Shown here: in pieces, positions 26,707 through 34,311 of the stretch
Position numbering within the stretch: position 1 is the stretch's first letter
Layout of the letters: every line of letters starts with the position of its first letter
NCBI GenBank assembly: GCA_964409385.1
Contig: CAYPCY010000002.1
Location: 10,608-74,607 of the forward strand
DNA: 64,000 nucleotides
Direction: 5' to 3'
Source: an uncultured Methanosarcinales archaeon
Lineage (GTDB): Archaea > Nanobdellota > Nanobdellia > Woesearchaeales > CAYPCY01
Notes under the pieces: generated by a model
What the model was told of the DNA's origin: nothing
What the model saw: the letters and a program-made list of their open reading frames with translations, nothing else
The model's database searches: none
Program-made: the position numbers and the translations under genes

Positions 26707-28689
26707 ATGATTCTTAAGTCTATAGAATTAAATAATATTAGAAGTTATAAGAATAATATAATAAATTTCCCGGAAGGTTCAATATTATTATCTGGAGATA
26801 TTGGTTCTGGAAAAACAACTATTTTATTAGCTGTAGAATTTGCCCTGTTCGGATTATCTCCTGAACTAAAAGGTTCTTCATTATTAAGAAATGGTTCAGA
26901 AAAAGGATTTGTAAGATTAAAGTTTAGAATAAAAAATAAGAATTTTGAAATTTTAAGAATTTTGAAAAGGACTAAAACTTCTGTCTTGCAAGATTCAGGA
27001 AGTTTCTCAAAAGAAGGAGAGGAAATAACATATACTGCATTAGAATTAAAAAGTAAAATTTTCAATATTTTAGGATATCCTCAAGCACTAATTTCAAAAT
27101 CTAAAAACTTAATTTATAGATTCACAGTCTTCACACCCCAAGAATCAGTAAAACAAATTCTTTTTGACACTGAAAGAATAGAAACTATAAGAAGATTATT
27201 CAATATAGACAAATATAAGAGGGTGAGGGAGAATTCTTCATTAATAATAAGGAATTTAAAGAATGAAACTAAAATTTTAGAGTCTAAATTAGAAGATAAA
27301 AATTCAAAAAAGGAATTAGTAAATCATAAACAAGAATCTAATAATAAATTAAAAATAGAAATTTCAAAAGTTGAAATTAGTTTGGGAGAATTAAGAAAAA
27401 ATTTAAAACAAAATAATGAAGAATTAAAAAAATTAGAAGATAACTTTTCTAAAACTCTAGAATTAAAAGAGAGATTAAACTCTAAAATTGAATTATTAAA
27501 CTCAACAGTTAAAGAAAAAGAAGAAAGAGAAATAAAAATAGCTAGTTTAAAAAAAGAATTAATAAGTTTAGAATTCGATCCTGAACAATTAAAAACATAT
27601 GTGAATGCAAAGCTTAAATTAGAAGATTTCATTTCAAAAGCCACTGCAAAATTAAATTTTTCTAAAGAAAAAATAACTAATTCAAACGAATTAACAAATA
27701 AGATAGACTCATTAAAAACTTGTCCTTTTTGCAAGCAAGAAGTAACACAAGAACATAAAGAAAAAATAATTGATGAAAAAAACAAGACAGTAAAAGAACA
27801 AGAATTAATTATTCAAGAATTAAATAATAAAACAATCAAAGCAAAAAACAAATTAGAAATAATAATTAAGAAAAAAGAAGAATTAGAACTAATAAAATCA
27901 AAAGTGGAATTTCAAGAGTTTAAGAAAAAACAAGTCAAAGAATTAAACAATTCAATAAAATTATCAAGAGTTAAAGAGTTAGAAAATGAAATTAATTCAA
28001 TAAAAGAAATATTAAATAATAAACAAGATTCTAAATTAAAAGAATTAAAAGAAAAGACTGAAATATTAGTTTCTAAGGAAAGAACAGTTCATATTAACCT
28101 AGTTTCATTAAAGAAGGAGTCTGAAGGAATTAATGAGATAATACAACTTTTAAATGAAGAACTTGAAGAGAAAAAACAAGAACAAATCAAATTAAAACTA
28201 ATAATTGAACAGATTAAGATTTTAGAATTATTAACGAAATCATCTATAATAATAGAAAAAAAAGTATTGCGTAAAGTCCATACAGAATTTAATGAACTTT
28301 TCAAGTCATGGTTCCAATCATTAATTAATGATGAAGTGTTAAGTTCAAAACTCGATGAGGATTTCAATCCAGTAATTTATCAAAATGGTTATGAAGCAGA
28401 CCTTCAAGCATTATCAGGTGGTGAAAAAACAGCAGTAGCATTTTCTTATAGGCTTTCAATGAATAAAGTAGTTAATGATGTTTTAACACATATAAATACT
28501 AAAAATTTGTTAATACTTGATGAACCAACCGATGGATTTTCAGAAGAACAACTTGATAATGTTAGGGAAGTTCTTGATCAATTAAATTCAAAACAGTTAA
28601 TAATAGTAAGTCATGAACCAAAATTAGAAAGTTTTGTTGATTCAGTTTTAAAAATTGAGAAATCAAACCATATTAGTACAGTACTTTAA
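26707..28689 (+). CDS. Rad50/SbcC-like SMC family ATPase
   Basis: Walker A GDIGSGKT, coiled coil with CPFC zinc hook, LSGGE signature, LILDEPT, IIVSH. Confidence 0.9.
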   Translation: MILKSIELNNIRSYKNNIINFPEGSILLSGDIGSGKTTILLAVEFALFGLSPELKGSSLLRNGSEKGFVRLKFRIKNKNFEILRILKRTKTSVLQDSGSFSKEGEEITYTALELKSKIFNILGYPQALISKSKNLIYRFTVFTPQESVKQILFDTERIETIRRLFNIDKYKRVRENSSLIIRNLKNETKILESKLEDKNSKKELVNHKQESNNKLKIEISKVEISLGELRKNLKQNNEELKKLEDNFSKTLELKERLNSKIELLNSTVKEKEEREIKIASLKKELISLEFDPEQLKTYVNAKLKLEDFISKATAKLNFSKEKITNSNELTNKIDSLKTCPFCKQEVTQEHKEKIIDEKNKTVKEQELIIQELNNKTIKAKNKLEIIIKKKEELELIKSKVEFQEFKKKQVKELNNSIKLSRVKELENEINSIKEILNNKQDSKLKELKEKTEILVSKERTVHINLVSLKKESEGINEIIQLLNEELEEKKQEQIKLKLIIEQIKILELLTKSSIIIEKKVLRKVHTEFNELFKSWFQSLINDEVLSSKLDEDFNPVIYQNGYEADLQALSGGEKTAVAFSYRLSMNKVVNDVLTHINTKNLLILDEPTDGFSEEQLDNVREVLDQLNSKQLIIVSHEPKLESFVDSVLKIEKSNHISTVL

Positions 28690-28747
28690 GAAACTTATTA
28701 GAAAAATATTTAAACATTCATCCATTAAAGAACCAAGAGGGGATTAT

Positions 28748-30151
28748 ATGCGTAAACTATTAATTGTAATGATTCTATTGCTTGCTAGTTTTGCTTCTGC
28801 AGAGGATTTCCTTGTTTCAATAACCCCCGTATTGAATGAACTTTATCCAACTGATGAATTTGCACTTTATGATATTTCAATAACTAATTTCAAAGATTCT
28901 TCTGATTATTTTAGTATTTCATTACTAGATTTTAATTGGTTGATTCCTTCAACTTCTATGATTGTTGAGTCTCAAGAAACTAAAACTATTCAAATTAAAG
29001 TATTTCCTTCAGGAATAGTGTCTTATCAAGTTTATTCATTACTATTTCAGATATGGAGTAGGGATGAAGCATTAACTGTTGAAAAAACAACTCCTTTATA
29101 CTATCAATCATTCACTAATCCTCAAGATTATGTTCCTGCTGTTAAGATGATAGTTAATGGTCCAGAGGATATAGATCCTAGAAATCCAGTTTCTTTATCA
29201 ATTTCGTTAAGGAATAGAAATCCTTTAGATATAGGAAATGCACAATTACAAGTTTCTGGAATTGCGGAAAAGACTAGAGATATTACACTAGCACCTTTAG
29301 AAGAGAAGACGCTTACAATGTCTTTAACTCCTGATCCTTTAATAGAACCAGGACAATACCCTATTTCAGTAAAATTACTTTATCAAGAAAATATAATTTC
29401 AGAATATGAATATGTAGCTACTATTGAGTCTTATTCTTCAATAAAACAAGATAAAAATGTAGAATCTAAATATTTAGGATTTTTAAGTATAGAGACTTTA
29501 AGTCTTACTAATGAAGGGAATGTTGAGAGAACTCCTGAAATTTCTAGAGTGTCTTCCTTATTTAATAGGCTAATTTCTAGTTCTAATCCTGATTACAAGA
29601 TTATTTCTAAGGATGGAAAGAAACATATTGCTTGGGATGTTACTCTACAACCTAATGAAAGTAAAAACATAATAATTAGAACAAATTATATTCCTTTAAC
29701 AATAATTTTAATTTTATTAATTATTGGTAATATATTTTACTTTAAGAACAGGAGTTCTTTATTAGTAAGTAAGGAAGCAAGAGTTCTTGCTGCTTCTAAA
29801 GAAGGCATTTCAAAGATTAAAGTGGCTATTTATTTGAGGAATAGAACTTCCAAACCCGTTTCAGATGTTGTTTTAATGGATAAACTTCCTGCCATTGCAA
29901 ACTTAATAAGTGATGATTCAGTAGGTATTGTCAAACCTCAAAAAGTAATTCATGGCAAAGCTAGAAAAACTTTATTGAAATGGAATTTAGGAAGTTTAGA
30001 ACCTTTTGAAGAGAGAATATTAACTTATAAGATTAAATCAAAACTGAGTATTGTTGGTGGTTTAGGACTTCCTCCTTCAAGAGTTAAATTCTTAACTCAT
30101 GATGATAGGGAAAAGTTCGCAATATCTAATAATCCTTTCACTGAAGAATAA
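28748..30151 (+). CDS. Secreted Ig-like (CARDB/S-layer-domain-like) membrane protein
   Basis: Signal peptide (SFASA/), PGQY Ig motif, TM, DUF11-like tail; SD GAGGGG before ATG 28748. Confidence 0.7.
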   Translation: MRKLLIVMILLLASFASAEDFLVSITPVLNELYPTDEFALYDISITNFKDSSDYFSISLLDFNWLIPSTSMIVESQETKTIQIKVFPSGIVSYQVYSLLFQIWSRDEALTVEKTTPLYYQSFTNPQDYVPAVKMIVNGPEDIDPRNPVSLSISLRNRNPLDIGNAQLQVSGIAEKTRDITLAPLEEKTLTMSLTPDPLIEPGQYPISVKLLYQENIISEYEYVATIESYSSIKQDKNVESKYLGFLSIETLSLTNEGNVERTPEISRVSSLFNRLISSSNPDYKIISKDGKKHIAWDVTLQPNESKNIIIRTNYIPLTIILILLIIGNIFYFKNRSSLLVSKEARVLAASKEGISKIKVAIYLRNRTSKPVSDVVLMDKLPAIANLISDDSVGIVKPQKVIHGKARKTLLKWNLGSLEPFEERILTYKIKSKLSIVGGLGLPPSRVKFLTHDDREKFAISNNPFTEE

Positions 30152-30184
30152 ATTATTTAAACTTCTCTTTTTTTCTTAGTATAA

Positions 30185-30350
30185 CCCTCCGTAGCTCAGT
30201 GGCTAGAGCAGCCGGCTGTAGATTCTGAAGGACTGCCCTTTAGGGTTGGATGATATTCAGACAGTCGTTACCGGAAGATCCCCAGAAACCTTTTTTTTAA
30301 AAACAAGGGATTTAACCCGAGGTTGAGGAATTCAAGTCTGGGCGGGGGGA
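30185..30350 (+). tRNA. tRNA-Tyr(GTA) with two introns (37/38: 30222-30269; 53/54: 30286-30330)
   Basis: CCCTCCG/CGGGGGG acceptor with C1:G72 and A73, GCTC/GAGC D stem, CTGTAG anticodon loop, CCCAG/CTGGG T stem with TTCAAGT restored after intron removal. Confidence 0.9.
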
Positions 30351-30410
30351 TTTTTTTTCTCTTAATAGAAAGGTTTTTAAAGAATTCCTATTTTCCCTGA
30401 AACACTTTAA

Positions 30411-30486
30411 GGCTTGGCTATACTATGAGGGGCAAAAAAATTCTGTGAGAATATTTTTTATTGTCTTGTCATAGCTATGTCGTACA
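30411..30486 (+). ncRNA. Candidate structured RNA hairpin directly 5' of tRNA-Asp
   Basis: TGGC/GTCG, CTATGA/TCATAG, GGGGCAA/TTGTCTT, ATTCT/AGAAT nested pairings; begins about 30 nt after a TATA. Confidence 0.45.
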
Positions 30487-30578
30487 GCCCTGGTAGTGTA
30501 GTCCGGTACATTAATTTGCGGCAACTATCATCTTGCCCTGTCGAGGCAAGGACCCGGGTTCAAATCCCGGCCAGGGCG
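30487..30578 (+). tRNA. tRNA-Asp(GTC) with D-loop intron (about 20/20a: 30508-30524)
   Basis: GCCCTGG/CCAGGGC acceptor, TTGCC-CTGTCGA-GGCAA anticodon arm, CCGGG-TTCAAAT-CCCGG; 17-nt D-loop insert with BHB-like ends. Confidence 0.92.
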
Positions 30579-30588
30579 TTGAATCGCG

Positions 30589-30695
30589 CTGAATGGCAAA
30601 AAAACGTAAGTTTTGATTGTCGGTCAGGGAATAAAACAAAACATCGCCCGAAAATACTGGGGCTGCAGATGCAGAATCTCGGTGTCAACGGACGA
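30589..30695 (+). ncRNA. Candidate two-hairpin structured RNA between tRNA-Asp and tRNA-Lys
   Basis: Hairpin 30589-30627 capped by GTAA (GNRA) tetraloop; A-rich linker; hairpin 30644-30695 with many G-U pairs. Confidence 0.5.
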
Positions 30696-30703
30696 AAACC
30701 GTT

Positions 30704-30793
30704 GGGCCGGTAGCTCAGCCTGGTAGAGCACTTGGCTTTTAACCAAAACAGAAGGCAACCAAGGTGTCGCGAGTTCGAATCTCGTCCGGCCCA
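30704..30793 (+). tRNA. tRNA-Lys(TTT) with canonical 37/38 intron (30742-30757)
   Basis: GGGCCGG/CCGGCCC acceptor, CTTGG/CCAAG anticodon stem, BHB central helix CTTT/AAGG. Confidence 0.92.
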
Positions 30794-30803
30794 TACAAAA
30801 AAA

Positions 30804-31043
30804 ATGGCAAAAGAAGAAAAATTGGAGCATGTTTTAGTACCCGAGCATAAAAAGCTCTCTAAAGAAGAAAAATCTAACCTTCTAGAAAAATATTCAATTG
30901 ATGAAACTAAATTACCAGTAATTAAAATTAAAGATCCCGCAATAGAACATTTAGAACTAGTTCCGAATGACGTTATCAAGATTGAAAGAACAAGCTTGAC
31001 TGCTGGAAGAATAGACTTTTTTAGGAGGGTTATTGATGAGTAA
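30804..31043 (+). CDS. rpoH: DNA-directed RNA polymerase subunit H (Rpo5)
   Basis: HVLVPEH..LS, LPVIK..DPA, DVIKIER.S.TAG, RRV. Confidence 0.97.
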   Translation: MAKEEKLEHVLVPEHKKLSKEEKSNLLEKYSIDETKLPVIKIKDPAIEHLELVPNDVIKIERTSLTAGRIDFFRRVIDE

Positions 31044-32511
31044 TATTCTTGTAGAAAATTATTTTAGAGAAAAATCATTGATATCTTCAAATATTGAATC
31101 ATTCAATAAGTTTATTGACAAGTACCTTCAAGAAATAATTAATGAAAATAAAGAAGTAGAACCAACAATAATTCCAGGAAACATTCAAGATTTTAAGATA
31201 AGACTTGACAAAATTTGGGTTTCAAAACCAGAAGTTACAGAAGCGGATGGTTCAAAAAGAGAAATTACACCTACTGAAGCAAGATTAAGAAAAATTTCTT
31301 ACGCAGCACCAATTTATTTAGAGGTTTCTTCACATGTTAATGGAGTTCAAAGAGAAGCTTTCAAAAGCCAAATTGGTAATTTACCAATAATGCTAAAATC
31401 TAAATATTGTCATTTACATGGACTTTCTAAAGAAGAACTAATTAGTAAGGGAGAAGATCCTGACGATCCAGGAGGATACTTCATTATTAATGGTACAGAA
31501 AGAGTTGTCGTTATAATTGAAGATCTTGCGAGCAATACTTTAATGGTTAGCGAAGATAAAGGCGTTTCTCCTTTTGTAGGAAAATTATTTTCAGAAAGAG
31601 GATCTTATAAAATTCCTCATACTTTCGAACAATTAAGAAAGGACGGCATTTTTTATCTAACATTAACAAGATTACAGAGAGTTCCCATAATTTTATTAAT
31701 TAAAGCTTTAGGAATTGTCAAGGATGAAGAGATTATGAAATTAATAAAATCACCTTATGATTCTGAAATGCTAATTAACTTGTATGAACAATCAACCATT
31801 AAGACTGAAGAGGAAGCTATTGATAAACTAGCTAAGAAGATTGGAATAACACAAGTTAGAGAGATTAGACTTGAAAGAACTAGAGATATTTTAGACAAAT
31901 TCTTACTTCCACATATTGGAACTACTAGCGAATTTAGAATGGCTAAGGCAAAGAATTTATGTAAATATTTAAGCAAGTTCATTCTTGTTTCAAAAGGAGA
32001 CTTACCAACTGATGATAAGGATCATTATAAAAATAAAAGGTTAAAAATGGCAGGAGATCTTCTTGCTGATTTGTTCAGGGTTAATATTAAAGTTTTAATT
32101 GGAGACATGCTTTATAATTTCCAAAGAATAGTAAAAAGAGGAAAATTTCCTTCAGTAAAAGTAGTTATTAGGAATAAATTATTAACTCAAAGAATTTATA
32201 GTATGTTAGCAACTGGTTCATGGGTTGGAGGTCGTAAAGGAGTTTCCCAAAGATTATCCAGACATAATTTCTTAGATACAATGTCGCACTTACAAAGGGT
32301 TGTTAGTCCTCTTATGAGCTCTCAAGAAAATTTTGAGGCTAGAGCTTTACACCCTACTCATTTAGGAAGACTTTGTCCTACTGAAACTACTGAAGGAACA
32401 AATATTGGTTTAAGAAAGAATCTTTCATTATTATCTAAAGTTTCTTCAGAGGTTGATGTTGAAGAATTAATAACTTCATTAAAAAATGTGGGTTTGGAGG
32501 AGGAAAAATGA
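31036..32511 (+). CDS. rpoB2: RNA polymerase subunit B'' (Rpo2N)
   Basis: EARLR..SY.AP, DPGGYFIINGTERV, DKDHY.NKRL, HLGRLCP.ET. Confidence 0.97.
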   Translation: MSNILVENYFREKSLISSNIESFNKFIDKYLQEIINENKEVEPTIIPGNIQDFKIRLDKIWVSKPEVTEADGSKREITPTEARLRKISYAAPIYLEVSSHVNGVQREAFKSQIGNLPIMLKSKYCHLHGLSKEELISKGEDPDDPGGYFIINGTERVVVIIEDLASNTLMVSEDKGVSPFVGKLFSERGSYKIPHTFEQLRKDGIFYLTLTRLQRVPIILLIKALGIVKDEEIMKLIKSPYDSEMLINLYEQSTIKTEEEAIDKLAKKIGITQVREIRLERTRDILDKFLLPHIGTTSEFRMAKAKNLCKYLSKFILVSKGDLPTDDKDHYKNKRLKMAGDLLADLFRVNIKVLIGDMLYNFQRIVKRGKFPSVKVVIRNKLLTQRIYSMLATGSWVGGRKGVSQRLSRHNFLDTMSHLQRVVSPLMSSQENFEARALHPTHLGRLCPTETTEGTNIGLRKNLSLLSKVSSEVDVEELITSLKNVGLEEEK

Positions 32512-34310
32512 CTGATGTGTTTTTGGACGGAAAATTTATTGGCACTGTAAAAAATGAAGAAGTATTTGTTGAAAAAATAATTTCTGAAAGAAGATCTGGA
32601 AAATTCCCTGAAAGTATTAGTGCAAGATTTGACGATTCTGTGAAATCTGTACTTCTAGAATCTTGCAGAGGAAGAACTCTAAGGCCTTTACTAGTTGTTA
32701 AGAATGGAAAAACATTACTTAATGAAAAGCATATTTCTAAATTAAAATCAAGGGATTTAAAATGGACTGATCTAATAAAACAAGGAGTTATTGAATATTT
32801 AGATGCTAATGAGGAAGAATCAGCATTCATAGCTTTTTTCGAAGATGAATTAACTAAAGAAAATACTCATCTGGAAGTTTCTGCATTAGGAATGGTTGGA
32901 TTATGCACTTCTCTAGTTCCTTTTGGAAACTACAGTCCAGGTACTAGACTTATTCAAGGTTCTAAAAATCAAAAACAAGCATTAGGATTCTACGCTGCAA
33001 ATTATTTACAAAGAATGGACATGGACATTAGTTTATTACATACTCCTCAAATTCCACTAGCCCAATCATTAATGCACGAAGTTTCTGATTATAACAAGCA
33101 TCCATCAGGACAAAATATTGTTTTGGCAGTTATGAGTTATGAAGGATATAACATGGAAGACGCTATTGTAATAAATAAGGGGTCTATAGAGAGGGGTCTT
33201 GGAAGAAGTACTTACTTCAGACCAGTTTCTGCAGAAGAACTTAGATATTCGGGTGGTCTTATTGATGAAGTTTGTATTCCTGACAAGGATGTAAAAGGTT
33301 ACTTATCAGAAGTTGACTATAGATATTTAGAGGATGATGGAATAATCTATCCAGAAGCAAAAGTGTCTGAAGGAAATGTAATAATTGGAAAAACTAGTCC
33401 TCCAAGATTCTTAAGTTCTCTAGATGAATATAATCTTGCAACAAGCAGCAGAAGAGAATCTTCACTAGCATTAAAACATGGAGAGAAAGGAACTATTGAT
33501 TTTGTTTTATTAACAGAGAATGAAGAAGGAAATAAACTAGTTCAAGTAAGAGTTAGAGAACAGAGAGTCCCAGAAATAGGAGATAAATTTACATCAAGAC
33601 ATGGTCAAAAAGGAGTTGTTGGATTAGTTCTTCCTGAGGAAGATGTTCCATTCACTGCTTCAGGAGTAACTCCTGATATAATTTTCAGTCCTCACGGTAT
33701 GCCTAGTAGGATGACAGTTTCTCACTTTATAGAATTAATAGCTGGAAAAGTAGCAGCATTATCAGGAAGATATGTTGACGGTACTATGTTTTATTCAGAA
33801 AAAGAAAATGATTTAAGAAAAGAACTTGAAAGTTTTGGTTTTACTGAAAATGGAACAGAAACACTATATAATGGAATAACTGGAGAAAGGTATAAAGCAA
33901 AAATATTCATTGGAAACATGTATTATATGAAATTAAAACATATGGTTGCTAATAAAGTTCATTCAAGAGCAAGGGGACCTATACAATTACTAACAAGACA
34001 ACCTACTGAAGGAAGGGCTAAAGAAGGAGGTCTTAGACTTGGAGAGATGGAAAAGGACACTTTCGTAGCTCATGGAGCTTCATTACTATTGAAAGAAAGG
34101 TTTGATTCTGATAAAACAATAGTTCCAGTTTGTGAAAGTTGTGGAGCAATGGCAGTTTTTGATGAGTATAAAAGTAGAACCTTCTGTCCATTATGTGGGG
34201 AGGATTCTAAAGTTGGAAATACTGAAATGAGCTTTGCTTTCAAGCTAATGCTTGATGAGTTCAAAAGTTTAGGAATATTCCCTAAATTAAATTTGAAGAG
34301 TAAATACTAA
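32508..34310 (+). CDS. rpoB1: RNA polymerase subunit B' (Rpo2C)
   Basis: GYNMEDA, GDKFTSRHGQKG, LKHMV..K.H.R, GGLRLGEME, Zn ribbon. Confidence 0.97.
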   Translation: MTDVFLDGKFIGTVKNEEVFVEKIISERRSGKFPESISARFDDSVKSVLLESCRGRTLRPLLVVKNGKTLLNEKHISKLKSRDLKWTDLIKQGVIEYLDANEEESAFIAFFEDELTKENTHLEVSALGMVGLCTSLVPFGNYSPGTRLIQGSKNQKQALGFYAANYLQRMDMDISLLHTPQIPLAQSLMHEVSDYNKHPSGQNIVLAVMSYEGYNMEDAIVINKGSIERGLGRSTYFRPVSAEELRYSGGLIDEVCIPDKDVKGYLSEVDYRYLEDDGIIYPEAKVSEGNVIIGKTSPPRFLSSLDEYNLATSSRRESSLALKHGEKGTIDFVLLTENEEGNKLVQVRVREQRVPEIGDKFTSRHGQKGVVGLVLPEEDVPFTASGVTPDIIFSPHGMPSRMTVSHFIELIAGKVAALSGRYVDGTMFYSEKENDLRKELESFGFTENGTETLYNGITGERYKAKIFIGNMYYMKLKHMVANKVHSRARGPIQLLTRQPTEGRAKEGGLRLGEMEKDTFVAHGASLLLKERFDSDKTIVPVCESCGAMAVFDEYKSRTFCPLCGEDSKVGNTEMSFAFKLMLDEFKSLGIFPKLNLKSKY

Positions 34311-34311
34311 A

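Noticed and set aside
30579-30703. 5S rRNA in the 125-nt Asp-Lys spacer (5S is linked to these tRNAs in some Euryarchaeota)
   Set aside because: Lacks the CCGAAC loop motif and terminal helix I pairing; folds as two separate hairpins
30477-30979. ORF-track proteins 30477-30713, 30560-30979, 30624-30830 and the N-terminal extension of rpoH from 30732
   Set aside because: They overlap GC-rich tRNA genes and are shadow ORFs
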